Virus record (IMG/VR): IMGVR_UViG_3300042197_001803
Location: 31,858-95,857 of that record
Source of the DNA: an uncultured virus (IMG/VR IMGVR_UViG_3300042197_001803)
Lineage: Duplodnaviria > Heunggongvirae > Uroviricota > Caudoviricetes
DNA length: 64,000 bases
Strand: one strand, 5' to 3'
Shown: in pieces, positions 50,453 through 61,201 of the stretch
Layout: each line of letters opens with the position of its first letter
Position numbering within the stretch: position 1 is the stretch's first letter
The notes under the pieces: model-generated
What the model saw: only the letters and a program-made list of their open reading frames with translations
What the model was told of the DNA's origin: nothing
The model's database searches: none
Made by a program: the position numbers and the translations under genes

Positions 50453-51360
50453 TATTGAGTAATGTTTGTGAAGTTTTTGCTAAAATCAATATTATCACCT
50501 CTATCTTGTCTAACCTCATATAACAATTCATTAAATTGGTCACGAATTTCATATAGATTGTATTGTCTGTATATATTGTTGCTAGTATCGTACATTGTGT
50601 AGATACCGTCGTCAATAGATTTAGTTTGATTACCAAACAATGCAATTGCTAATGTAGAGAAGTCGTGTTCAGCCATCTCAATGTCTAAAGTTATTGGGTT
50701 AAAGAATGTATTTGTTATAATAATATTTTGATTTGGCTGACCAATATATGGTGTTGCGTTTGGTTTGTTAGTTGGTGATGAAGATGGTGATAGAGTACAA
50801 AAAATTAAATTCGTATTATTATCGGTGTATCTGTATCTTATAGCCTTTTGTGATGTATTGGTTAAGTTCTGTATAACAGGTTCACAATAAAAAGAAGAAG
50901 TAATTACTCTAAAAAAATTAGGTATTTTAGTTCCATCGGCATTTAGATATTCAATTCTAAATCCAACTAACCCTTGATTAACGAATTTGTTTCTAAATTG
51001 TGATGGTACACTATTTAGGTCAATAACCAACCCTTTTACGTTGGGTAATGCTGATAATACACCGCAATCTAAAATTGTACATCTAATTTGAGCTGGCCTA
51101 ATGTATAAAGTATAAATTCCAATCCTATTAAATTGGTCAGCAGGTAATCTTAAATTATATAAACCACCTAATATTTCAATATTAGGATTACCACCTGTTG
51201 ACGCGTTATTAAAATAAGGTCTTAGAATCGCCGCGGAATCAAGTTTAGTTAATATAAAATTTTCTGTTTCATCCCTAGATGGGGTATAATTCAGAATAAT
51301 CTCCACATCTTCGGGAGATACATCTGCGGGTCTTATAGTACCATAAACACCAGTTGCCAT
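50452..51360 (-). CDS. Putative baseplate/tail structural protein
   Basis: 302 aa, translationally coupled within the structural operon. Confidence 0.55.
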   Translation of the reverse strand: MATGVYGTIRPADVSPEDVEIILNYTPSRDETENFILTKLDSAAILRPYFNNASTGGNPNIEILGGLYNLRLPADQFNRIGIYTLYIRPAQIRCTILDCGVLSALPNVKGLVIDLNSVPSQFRNKFVNQGLVGFRIEYLNADGTKIPNFFRVITSSFYCEPVIQNLTNTSQKAIRYRYTDNNTNLIFCTLSPSSSPTNKPNATPYIGQPNQNIIITNTFFNPITLDIEMAEHDFSTLAIALFGNQTKSIDDGIYTMYDTSNNIYRQYNLYEIRDQFNELLYEVRQDRGDNIDFSKNFTNITQ

Positions 51361-52172
51361 TATATTTCTTTTTTAATTAATTTATTATTTTTTTTATCAA
51401 CAACGATAATTTCAACATTACCAATATTTTCATTAACATATTTAATTTTTAGTAATTGTTTATTTTCAAAATCATTTTTAAAACGATTTTTAGCATTACC
51501 AAGTAAAATTTCAAAAGTGTAGTCAGACTTTATTTCAATATATTTACCATCTAAAATAAAATCAGGATAATATAATCCAAAAGGTGTTAATATTGGGTCG
51601 CAGTTATTTGGTAATTTTTTATTTTCGTTAATCAATTTTTCTATATAAAACTTTTCAAACGTACCTTGGCAAGTTAATCCTTTTATTTTGTAGAATTTAC
51701 AAACACCACCTTTAATTTTTCTTTTACCACTTAAATTAATTTTGTTTTGAGCTTTTTTCATATTAGATTTGACATCATCTGATAATCTCACACCAGTTTT
51801 TATAATTTTCATCGCCTCGCTTTTATTTCTTCTATAGTTAGATTTTTGTAAATATTTATCGATAAACGATTTAGATAAGTTAAGTTTTTTTGAAATTTCG
51901 TTAGGTGACTTAAATTCGTCACAATACATTTTTTTTATTTCATTTTTCTGTGATTGGTTTAAAGTCAACTTTACCCCGTTACTTTTTGGTTTTTTTAATA
52001 ATCCTTCAGATTTTAATATTTTTATTATGGGTGTTTTACTAACATTGAAGAATTCACCAATACGTAAACAACTTAAACCAATAGAATATAATTCTTTAAT
52101 TTTAATTATCTCATTTGTAGTAAACACTTTTTGTCTCATAATAATAAATATTCTTTTTATGTTTTTATCCAA
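51360..52172 (-). CDS. Free-standing HTH + PD-(D/E)xK endonuclease (probable start 52139)
   Basis: Lys-rich; two HTH-like segments; YYPDF...YIEIKS; TATTTAT 4 nt before the ATG at 52139. Confidence 0.7.
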   Translation of the reverse strand: MDKNIKRIFIIMRQKVFTTNEIIKIKELYSIGLSCLRIGEFFNVSKTPIIKILKSEGLLKKPKSNGVKLTLNQSQKNEIKKMYCDEFKSPNEISKKLNLSKSFIDKYLQKSNYRRNKSEAMKIIKTGVRLSDDVKSNMKKAQNKINLSGKRKIKGGVCKFYKIKGLTCQGTFEKFYIEKLINENKKLPNNCDPILTPFGLYYPDFILDGKYIEIKSDYTFEILLGNAKNRFKNDFENKQLLKIKYVNENIGNVEIIVVDKKNNKLIKKEI

Positions 52173-53355
52173 TATTAATTATATTAAAAAATCCGTATCC
52201 GTATTTTTCAAGGTCACCAATATTATTTATTTCACCAAGTCTTTCAATTCTCTCCAATCCTGATTGTTTACCTCTCTCAATAAAAATATTACTTTGAACT
52301 TCCGCTTCATCAATAACATTAAGTAAAACTTCATTTTTTGTAATCGCAGAACATATTACCATGTCAGAAGTTAACCCTGATGATTGGACTGAGAAAATTG
52401 TGGTTCCGTCATTATAATCGTAATAATCAATTTCATTTACTGTGTAAGCGGTATATAGTCCATTTTGAAATTCTCCCCAAACAACACCAATACTACCCGA
52501 AGTACCAGTTACTGGTACACCTATTTTAAACTTACCACCCCATAACTGACTTCTTTTACCATAAACTTGTAAGTCAGCTAACGTTGATTTTGAATATCCT
52601 GTAATGGTAAAAGGTACTGTGGTAAAATTACTTATATCATTTATTTGAGCATCACAAGTTGAGTCTCCACTAAAAATGTAATCATACATCAATTGTGTTC
52701 CTGACCAACTACCCCCTGAAGGTATAAAATAAGCGGTACCGTTTGGGTTTGTTATTGTAGTTCCAGTTGATGGTATATTAACCTCTTTTTGTATTACATT
52801 TGACCCCCATGGACTCATCCCCGACATTGAGATTAAGTAATCCCCGTTTTGTGCATATGTGTGTGAATAAAAATTAGGGGATGTAGTCGTTACTGTTTGT
52901 ATTGGTGTACCATCACCCCAATCAATATAATAATTAGATAATTGTAAATATTTTTTAAATTCAGTGTCGCTTGTATTATAAAATCTAATCACATATCCAT
53001 TTGGGTCTGTAATTGTATCAGCAGAAAACAAAAAATTAGTCATTGTTTCTTTTTGTAAAACAAAACCATCAAAAACATTGTAGTATCCAATATCAACGGC
53101 AGTTTCAGTTAAAAGTATTGGGACGGTAAGACCTGTTAGTAATGAAGTCCCGTTAGTTCCCCCTGATAAAATATCAGTCATTGATGAATAAACATATGTA
53201 CTACCAGTTATAAACTTAGTAACTTGTCTAGTTAATACATCACAGCAAAAAGGTATTATCTCATCATCAATATATGGTGAATATAAATTAACCTTAAAAA
53301 CATCATTAAGGACTACCTCAGGTGAAATTCTAATATGATAAGTTCTGTAATCCAT
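52165..53355 (-). CDS. Structural protein with PKD-like domain
   Basis: YYIDWGDGT...SHTYAQNGDYLI. Confidence 0.65.
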   Translation of the reverse strand: MDYRTYHIRISPEVVLNDVFKVNLYSPYIDDEIIPFCCDVLTRQVTKFITGSTYVYSSMTDILSGGTNGTSLLTGLTVPILLTETAVDIGYYNVFDGFVLQKETMTNFLFSADTITDPNGYVIRFYNTSDTEFKKYLQLSNYYIDWGDGTPIQTVTTTSPNFYSHTYAQNGDYLISMSGMSPWGSNVIQKEVNIPSTGTTITNPNGTAYFIPSGGSWSGTQLMYDYIFSGDSTCDAQINDISNFTTVPFTITGYSKSTLADLQVYGKRSQLWGGKFKIGVPVTGTSGSIGVVWGEFQNGLYTAYTVNEIDYYDYNDGTTIFSVQSSGLTSDMVICSAITKNEVLLNVIDEAEVQSNIFIERGKQSGLERIERLGEINNIGDLEKYGYGFFNIINIG

Positions 53356-54152
53356 TATGGGTTTATATATTCATACCAGTTTATTGGTGTTCCAACACCT
53401 ATTCTATTGTTTGTAATAATATCGTATAATTTATATGTGTTATTTGTATAATCTAACTCAACTTTGATATAGAATTGTTCAGATTCATTAAACAAAAATT
53501 TATTAGGTAATAAAGCTTGTGGTGTTCTCATCATTCTAACAAACACACCTAATCTGGCGTCAAAAAACTTGCAACTCATATAAAAAGTTGTTAAGTCAAT
53601 AAATTCTAATTTTCTTAACCAATAAAAAAAGAACCCTTCAGAATCACCAACATAATCAAGAGTCATTGATGGTTTTTTTATATTAACACTTGGACTATAG
53701 GTTGATAATATCACACTCTCGGTCGCACCTTGTTGTACGGGTAATATAACCGTAAAATAGTTGGTTTGAGATGTACCTGTATTTGTATCGTAGAAATCTA
53801 ATTTAAAAAACGACTTTGAAAATGGATTTTCAAAATAGTAAAGTTGTGGTACTGAAAAACCTTCGGTTAAATAACTATTCACCCAATCAGTAGTAACAGA
53901 TGTATTTACATTATTATTGTTATCAAAAAAATAAAAATCGTAATTTACTCTTGTTTGTTGAGTAACACCATAACTATCATGCGCAAATCTTAAAATTTCA
54001 AAATCTGTTGCAGTACCAATTACTTCTTCAATAACATCTCTTTGATACACATCAATACTATCGTCTCTACCATAGAAATCCCATTTAAGTTCAACAGGTA
54101 AGTCAATGTATTTACCAGTATCGTTTATTATAAATCTAAATTTATTATTCAC
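53355..54152 (-). CDS. Putative structural protein
   Basis: 265 aa, coupled within the baseplate operon. Confidence 0.55.
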   Translation of the reverse strand: MNNKFRFIINDTGKYIDLPVELKWDFYGRDDSIDVYQRDVIEEVIGTATDFEILRFAHDSYGVTQQTRVNYDFYFFDNNNNVNTSVTTDWVNSYLTEGFSVPQLYYFENPFSKSFFKLDFYDTNTGTSQTNYFTVILPVQQGATESVILSTYSPSVNIKKPSMTLDYVGDSEGFFFYWLRKLEFIDLTTFYMSCKFFDARLGVFVRMMRTPQALLPNKFLFNESEQFYIKVELDYTNNTYKLYDIITNNRIGVGTPINWYEYINP

Positions 54153-55926
54153 AAGGGTCTACAACTGGGTCGATTATCAAGAACTGGTCAATATAATTAG
54201 TTCCTTCAGGTATTATTCTAAATACAATATCTTTATATGGGTAATGTTTTCCATTTAGGAATGGATAATTAACACCTAAACCATTACTATCAACATAACC
54301 ATATTCATATATGTCTCTCCAAATAAAAGAATCTTCTTTTTCTGAAAAATAAGAATAATCAGGTACTCCCGCAACTTCAGTTTTGTCCCCTGACTCAATG
54401 TAGTCAGAATACACTCTTAATGTAATTGGAAAATGAGGTTGGTAGTAATATCCGAATGGGTTTGCCGCATTATTTGTTGTTCTAAATACAAATGGATTGT
54501 AAGTTAATTTATGAAACAAATTTGAAATAACTCTTTCATATTGGTCATAGTTATTCCATTCACATAAATCACCATCCAAAGTATCATCCTTCTTTAAAGA
54601 CTGAACATAATTAAACACTAAATCAGTACCTCCAGGACCTAATAAATTTCCTAAAGGTGGGTTAGTGTATGAATCCATAGGAAAATTAGTATCTGAATTA
54701 TTATTAATTAATGCCCACCAATTACTAGAATTACCATTAACCAAAGGTAAGTTAAAACCAAAACCTTGTTTAATACCAGTATAATTACCATAACCAAACA
54801 TTAAACCAAAATAACCTTTCCACATAACAGTAAAAAACAATTCGGTTATTGGTCTTTTTTGATTATCTAATATTGGCGCAATATCAATATCAGTATTAAA
54901 TGTTAATGTATATGTTTGAGCACCTTCTCTAATTGAGACTCTTGATTGTCTATTTGGTGTAAATCCACTACTTTCATATTTCTTTTTATTACCAAAAATA
55001 TTTTGTTCGAACCCTGCATTAACTAAAACCGCATCTTCTGAGTTTGTTAAAATTTTATGTCTTCTAACGTAGTATTCTGATATAGTGTCGTTTGGGTTTT
55101 CAATATCAATAATTCGTTTGAATGTACCAGTTACATTATTGTTAAAAGTATTACCTAAAAATCCAATGTTTATTATGTTAACCACATATTCCTCGCTACC
55201 TGCAGTTCCATCCCCTAAACTAAAAACCTGAAATGTATCGGTTCCTACATAACTAAAACTTAATTTAACAAATTCACCAACCGAAACACCATGTTTTATC
55301 GGACTTCTTAACGCAACAATATCTAAACCCCTACTTGTTGTGTTTTGTACAACAAATGGTATTCCGTCACCAGAAATCCAATTCAAGTTTATTCCCGTTT
55401 TTGGTTCGACAGCACTTAAATTTTTATTATAATCATTTTCAAACGCGTAACTCATAAAGAAGTTCCAATTATAACTTGACGCACTTTTTGGTATAAATAA
55501 CCTATGAAATTCTCCGTTTGAATTAGGTATTGTATACCCACTAACATTGTAATCAGTTCTAATAAAATCAAATTCATTGTATTGTGGGAACCCAGACCAA
55601 GCTATTGTTGTACCACTTTGACATTGAATTGATGCCGCAATGTCCGCGTTAACATAATATAAATTATTTTCAAGTGGAACGTAATTTGTTGACCCAGTAT
55701 ATGAATTCATAAATAATAATTCAAACTTGCCAGTGGGTCTAAATATTGTAGATTTTTGTCTTTCATCATTAAAGACCTGTTGTAACTCAATATTGATAGT
55801 TCTATCAAACTCAATGTTTTCTTTAAAGGTTTGAATTAACGGCACTTTAAGTCCTATGGTAGTATCGGGAGCCGATTTGTACCTTAATGAACCTAAAACT
55901 ATCCTTGTTTCTTTTGTGTTACCCAT
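54145..55926 (-). CDS. Putative structural protein
   Basis: 593 aa, coupled within the baseplate operon. Confidence 0.55.
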   Translation of the reverse strand: MGNTKETRIVLGSLRYKSAPDTTIGLKVPLIQTFKENIEFDRTINIELQQVFNDERQKSTIFRPTGKFELLFMNSYTGSTNYVPLENNLYYVNADIAASIQCQSGTTIAWSGFPQYNEFDFIRTDYNVSGYTIPNSNGEFHRLFIPKSASSYNWNFFMSYAFENDYNKNLSAVEPKTGINLNWISGDGIPFVVQNTTSRGLDIVALRSPIKHGVSVGEFVKLSFSYVGTDTFQVFSLGDGTAGSEEYVVNIINIGFLGNTFNNNVTGTFKRIIDIENPNDTISEYYVRRHKILTNSEDAVLVNAGFEQNIFGNKKKYESSGFTPNRQSRVSIREGAQTYTLTFNTDIDIAPILDNQKRPITELFFTVMWKGYFGLMFGYGNYTGIKQGFGFNLPLVNGNSSNWWALINNNSDTNFPMDSYTNPPLGNLLGPGGTDLVFNYVQSLKKDDTLDGDLCEWNNYDQYERVISNLFHKLTYNPFVFRTTNNAANPFGYYYQPHFPITLRVYSDYIESGDKTEVAGVPDYSYFSEKEDSFIWRDIYEYGYVDSNGLGVNYPFLNGKHYPYKDIVFRIIPEGTNYIDQFLIIDPVVDPCE

Positions 55927-58900
55927 TATAAAACTATTCTATTAGTATCAACCCATTTAGTTGTGAATCTATCAAAAGCACTTTTACCTCTTTTTAAACC
56001 AAAATAAAAGTGATATGGTGCTCCAACAGTAACCGCACTCCCTTCATTACTTGGTTCAGGGTAATTAGCTGCTACTGTATTTGGGTCGGCACTTATTACT
56101 ACCGTATCTAAATTAGGAGGTATAGGAGAATTACTGTCTACAGAATAAATATACCCTTTAAAATTTTGTGATTGACTATTGTTGTTTGTTCTTGTGTATC
56201 TTGAAGATTGCTCCGTTCTATCTAAAGATTGATATCCGTGAACAAAAAATGTAGAAGCGGTTATTGGGTTAGCATACCATTCATTGTCTTGTGAGCCAAA
56301 TATATTACCACCACCAAAATCATTATCTTTAATAAGCCATTGATAAAATGGTACTTTTTGTGTAAAGACCTTAAAATAACTAAATGTACATCCTGTAGAT
56401 GGTATTGGTGGTGTGTAAGGATTTATTATAGTTCTTTTGGGTGAAATATAATCCCTTGTTTGAGTATCAGAACTAAAAAATACACCAAATATTTGGTCTG
56501 AAAAAGTACTTAAAGTATTAATGTATACAGGATTTTGAACACCTGGTATATTACTGTCAGGGTAGTTAAATGGGTCAAATGGTGATACACCAAGTTCTGA
56601 ATTAACTGAAATTGATTGAGCGTAATCACCATCAATCATATTATTATTTCTAGTAAAATAAGTAAGTATATTATTACCATTTATTAGTTGTGCTAAGAAA
56701 TTTTCATTTGCCAATCTGGTTAAAATGAATAAATTTAATAAATCACTAACATCAGAATATGTCGTATTTACTAATTTATTTGCAACATAACCATCATAAT
56801 CATCAGACATAACTAATTCTTGTGTGTAATAATTTCTAGGTCCCAAATCCATTAATGTTGTTGGGAAATTCAAGTTAAAATCATTACCACCATAATCAGG
56901 TAATGTAATTCCTAAAAAACTTGAAGGTCCTGGTTGAGGTGCTCCAATAAAGGAACCTGTTGATGCTTCGTAAGGACTACTTCTATAATAGAAATTATTA
57001 GTTCCACCAGTGTAAACGTTCTCATATTGACCGTGTAAACTAACAACATCTTTACAATAATTATAAGTTGGTTGATTAGGATTACTAGCAAAAGGACTAG
57101 TGTAAAACACATCGTTTTTAAATGTAAACGCATATAACGTACCATTAATCCAATTGTTTGTAAATATATGACCAAATACGTTTCTACAAGCACCAAATAT
57201 TATAAGTAGTCTTGATACCCATTCTGTTAACAACAGAAAATCTTTGGGTAATGATAAAAATGGAGTCGTTACAAAAACATAACAACTACCATTAGAAAAT
57301 ATAGTACCACCAGCAATTGGGTCTTTAAAACAATTATCAGTCGAAGGTTTAACCCCAAAATTAACTACACCATTAATTGTTGATGATGAATAACACCCTA
57401 ATGGTACCATGCTTCCACATTGTGATGACTGAACAACATTAGCGGTAATTGAACCACCATATTCATTTTCAGTACTATCTAATGTTGCACCTGTAAGAGA
57501 AGGTGATTGATTTAGTCCAACACCAACTGGTGGTACATTTGTTCCATCATCGTTAATAAGGAATGTGATAAAATTAGAATTAGTGTGTAGTGGGAAACTA
57601 TTATTTAAATTATCATTAGTTGTAGTTGATGTTGGTAATCTATCAGACCTCATAACTATCTGATTTCCACTAGAACCTAAACCATAAGTTAATTGTGTTG
57701 TTGATGGATATCTTGGTGCGATATAAGTAATATTATAAGAACTCGGACCAATAACAGGCTGATTATCAGGTGTTGATAAAATTACTCCGCCTAAATTAAA
57801 TGGTGGTAAAGTACTATAGAAAGCCGAACCACCCTCAACCACTTCATTTGGGTAATAACCTCTAGTATTAGGTAAAACATTTAAAGCATAATTTAATGAA
57901 CCAACAAATGGAAATGGATTTACATTTGAGTCGGTAAATTCTAATGTAAATCTATTATCAAGTGCTGGGTCTATTATAGTTCCTTTAATTGGGTCTGAAA
58001 CAACACCAGTCACAGTATTAAAATTATCTAATCTAGAGTAATATGAAGGTAAATTAGAAGTAAAAGCGGTAAAACCTGCTTGATTTATTGAAGGTGCGGG
58101 CACAAAATGATATGAATCATAATATAATTTTGTATTACTATATAAACTGGTATCAGTATTATTTGTTAAATTGTGTTCTATATTCTTGTAACCGCCTTGT
58201 ATTGGTATGTTTAATTTGTATTTACCACTAACAACAACTTGACCCCAAGAGTTGTGACCAAATAATCTACTTAAATCATATTTACAATCACTTCTTGTTG
58301 AATTTGGGTCGACACCTCTAACTAAGAAAATAATTCTTTGATTTAAGAAATTATTATAAACCGTTGTATAATCCAATAAAAGAGGGTTACCATTCACATC
58401 AAAATTGGTCCATATACCTTCATTAAATGGTCCATTCTTTTCCCTCTCAATTTGATAAAATCTCATTGAATTAAAAATAAATCTACTTGGTAAGCTGTTT
58501 GGTAATGTACTACCTGTTAATGTAGAATATTCACTTAAAGTCATACCTGTAATAACTTGGAAATATTCAATGTCTATAGGGAACCTAGCGTATGTCGCAT
58601 CATCAACTAATTGTTGACTTTTATAATTAACGGTAACGGTTCCTGATGGGTTTGCGGGATTACTACTAGACACAGTAAATAAATTACCTGAATTATTAAT
58701 AGTTGTACCTGTTATAGCATTAGAACCGAATAAATTACCCAAAGTATAACCTGTTAAATTAGGGTCTTGACTTAATTTTGGGTCTTGGAATGTAACAATG
58801 TTACCCGTTGAAAAAGTGCTAGCGTTTGATGGTTTGGTAATTATAGCAATTACGTTATCATAATGAAAATCTGCTGAGTTATCAACAGTGTTAAAACAAA

Positions 58901-61130
58901 CTCTAATTTGATTAACACCACCTTCAGTATTAAAAAATTTAGCTTTAGTATTAAAAAGATTTAATCTTTCCATTATAGTTAAGCTCGTAGTAAAGGCTAC
59001 TGTTGTATCCCAAGCGTCGTCAGGTGATTGAGATAATACTTGTAAACCAGAAACTCTTGACGATGGTGTTGGGTTATTTGTATTTACAGGTGAACCAATC
59101 ATTAAAGATTGATATCCATCTAACTCGGTGTCATAATTAAATGGTAATGTGTTAGGTATTGAATAATAGTTAGGTGAAACAAATGGTGTTAAAACACCTA
59201 AAGCACCAGTTTCCGCCGCGGAGCTGTACGCGTCACCTAAACCAAGTTGGTCAGGATTTGATTCAACAGGAACTCCGTCTTGACAATTACAGAATTCACA
59301 AGTAGGGTATGATAATACAGGTATTTGTACATTTCTAAAAGCGTTCGTAATATCATCTATTTTATCAAGTATTCCACCTAATTCATCAATTTCAGGACAT
59401 GCTATGTCAGTCCAAAAAGCTAAAATATCAACAATATTACAAATAAGTATAATTATTAGAAAAACAGTAGAAACCAATATCTTAAGTATTGGATTTAATA
59501 TTAACATTAAAAGAGCCAATACGTGAAGAACTATTAATAAATTGTATAGAATAGGCCTAAAAACAAACATTACAATATTGAACAACAAATATATAATATC
59601 AAATTGTAAGTATCCGTCATTGGTTGGAAATTTATAAGTATCACTTTCACATTCAGAATCTAAGATATCTTTAACACCTATAATTCTATAAGCATCATAT
59701 CCTTTTCTATATCTTGTAATTAATTGTGAAACCGTATAAACTTTATTGTATTGAAACTCGTAAAATCTATCCTCACAATTAATTGCTTCTTGAATCATTT
59801 GTTGTCCAATAGTGGTGCCCGTATCACCGTAATCGTTCCAATCAACACTAAAAGCATACGAATTCTGTGAATCAACATAATTCTGTATTTGTTGTGGTAA
59901 TAATGGAGGTATTTTTATAGGGTCAACCCTATTACCATTATTAATCGTCCAACCATATTCTTTAATATTAGGAACTAAATAATATCCTCTTTTAACAGGG
60001 TCAGCTGTTAAAGATGGTGATTGATTCCATTTAACTTTGAATCTGTATTTTCCTTTCGTAGGTATTCCGACTTCAGGGTCATCAGATAAAACCTGTTCAC
60101 CAAATTCATTAGTTACTACATAATCCAAATTCATTGGTAAATCAATTAACCAAGTACCGTTTTCATCTATAACCTGACCACCTTGCTCCAAATCAAATTG
60201 TTCAAGCAAAGGTCGACCAACGATATCCTTTTGTATTGTTTGTCGTATAGCAAGTATTTCGCCAGGACCTGCAACTAAATCACACAAAGTACCCGCTTTA
60301 GGTAGTGATTTACAATTTCTTTTTAGAAAACTATCATCATTACTTGATATTAAAGAACCCATAAAAATAGCGGTAGGTCTAATATCAATATTAGCTTCAC
60401 CACTTAAATCAAAGTCAGTTCTTGTAATACCTAAATTACATATTTCAGGTTGACCCCATAATGGTTCAACTTCAATAGTCCTATTTATAGTTACAATTTG
60501 AGGTAGTTCTCTAAGGTTTGTTGATGACTTAAACTTGGTACCCGACACTTGTTTATCGGTTGCAACCCCCATTCTAATTAAGTCTTGTGGTGATAATGAA
60601 AACTCACCAATATCAGATAAGTCCACATCAACCACAATAGTTTGGGAACCAACAGGAACACCAAATATCATATAGTCACCACTATCATTTGTTATTGCGG
60701 TATACTTAAAATATTTGTCGTAAACTTGTATTAGTGTAGGATTTGTTAGAACGTCTTCTCTTGTAAAGAAAGTACCTGTTGGTTTATGTCCAGAGTGTTG
60801 CTGTTTGTATGGTAATAAATTATATCGATACCCATCTTCATTAACATCACTTAGTGTTTTGTAAGGATATATGTCAGTAACCACAGGATTATCTTCATCA
60901 ATCGAATCTAAAGGAATAAAAACAGAAACTTTCGCATTTGGTATACCAAATCCGTTATTAACACTAACTCTACCAACAATGACTCCATAGTCAGAGCACA
61001 TTCTTGTATAAATTTGGCTTTGTAAAATTTTTAGGGAAAGTATTTCAAGATATTCAAACTCTTGGTCAATTAAAATTTTAATTGAGCTGTCAACACCTGG
61101 CTTAGTTCTTATTCTGTATGAATTCGACAT
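55926..61130 (-). CDS. Large baseplate-associated protein with internal hydrophobic (TM-like) hairpin
   Basis: 1734 aa; N-terminal carboxypeptidase-regulatory-like GRV...GIPNAKVSVF...TNDSGDYMIFGVP; hydrophobic block of about 60 aa. Confidence 0.6.
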   Translation of the reverse strand: MSNSYRIRTKPGVDSSIKILIDQEFEYLEILSLKILQSQIYTRMCSDYGVIVGRVSVNNGFGIPNAKVSVFIPLDSIDEDNPVVTDIYPYKTLSDVNEDGYRYNLLPYKQQHSGHKPTGTFFTREDVLTNPTLIQVYDKYFKYTAITNDSGDYMIFGVPVGSQTIVVDVDLSDIGEFSLSPQDLIRMGVATDKQVSGTKFKSSTNLRELPQIVTINRTIEVEPLWGQPEICNLGITRTDFDLSGEANIDIRPTAIFMGSLISSNDDSFLKRNCKSLPKAGTLCDLVAGPGEILAIRQTIQKDIVGRPLLEQFDLEQGGQVIDENGTWLIDLPMNLDYVVTNEFGEQVLSDDPEVGIPTKGKYRFKVKWNQSPSLTADPVKRGYYLVPNIKEYGWTINNGNRVDPIKIPPLLPQQIQNYVDSQNSYAFSVDWNDYGDTGTTIGQQMIQEAINCEDRFYEFQYNKVYTVSQLITRYRKGYDAYRIIGVKDILDSECESDTYKFPTNDGYLQFDIIYLLFNIVMFVFRPILYNLLIVLHVLALLMLILNPILKILVSTVFLIIILICNIVDILAFWTDIACPEIDELGGILDKIDDITNAFRNVQIPVLSYPTCEFCNCQDGVPVESNPDQLGLGDAYSSAAETGALGVLTPFVSPNYYSIPNTLPFNYDTELDGYQSLMIGSPVNTNNPTPSSRVSGLQVLSQSPDDAWDTTVAFTTSLTIMERLNLFNTKAKFFNTEGGVNQIRVCFNTVDNSADFHYDNVIAIITKPSNASTFSTGNIVTFQDPKLSQDPNLTGYTLGNLFGSNAITGTTINNSGNLFTVSSSNPANPSGTVTVNYKSQQLVDDATYARFPIDIEYFQVITGMTLSEYSTLTGSTLPNSLPSRFIFNSMRFYQIEREKNGPFNEGIWTNFDVNGNPLLLDYTTVYNNFLNQRIIFLVRGVDPNSTRSDCKYDLSRLFGHNSWGQVVVSGKYKLNIPIQGGYKNIEHNLTNNTDTSLYSNTKLYYDSYHFVPAPSINQAGFTAFTSNLPSYYSRLDNFNTVTGVVSDPIKGTIIDPALDNRFTLEFTDSNVNPFPFVGSLNYALNVLPNTRGYYPNEVVEGGSAFYSTLPPFNLGGVILSTPDNQPVIGPSSYNITYIAPRYPSTTQLTYGLGSSGNQIVMRSDRLPTSTTTNDNLNNSFPLHTNSNFITFLINDDGTNVPPVGVGLNQSPSLTGATLDSTENEYGGSITANVVQSSQCGSMVPLGCYSSSTINGVVNFGVKPSTDNCFKDPIAGGTIFSNGSCYVFVTTPFLSLPKDFLLLTEWVSRLLIIFGACRNVFGHIFTNNWINGTLYAFTFKNDVFYTSPFASNPNQPTYNYCKDVVSLHGQYENVYTGGTNNFYYRSSPYEASTGSFIGAPQPGPSSFLGITLPDYGGNDFNLNFPTTLMDLGPRNYYTQELVMSDDYDGYVANKLVNTTYSDVSDLLNLFILTRLANENFLAQLINGNNILTYFTRNNNMIDGDYAQSISVNSELGVSPFDPFNYPDSNIPGVQNPVYINTLSTFSDQIFGVFFSSDTQTRDYISPKRTIINPYTPPIPSTGCTFSYFKVFTQKVPFYQWLIKDNDFGGGNIFGSQDNEWYANPITASTFFVHGYQSLDRTEQSSRYTRTNNNSQSQNFKGYIYSVDSNSPIPPNLDTVVISADPNTVAANYPEPSNEGSAVTVGAPYHFYFGLKRGKSAFDRFTTKWVDTNRIVL

Positions 61131-61201
61131 GATAATCTTTTATGATAAATAGTTTATAACCTATTTTTAAAAGATAAATCATTTTCAGATAAAATAAATT
61201 A

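Noticed and set aside
51360-52172. Group I intron or intein hosting the endonucleases
   Set aside because: Flanking genes have their own starts and stops and look complete; there is no room for an intron core. The endonucleases appear free-standing.
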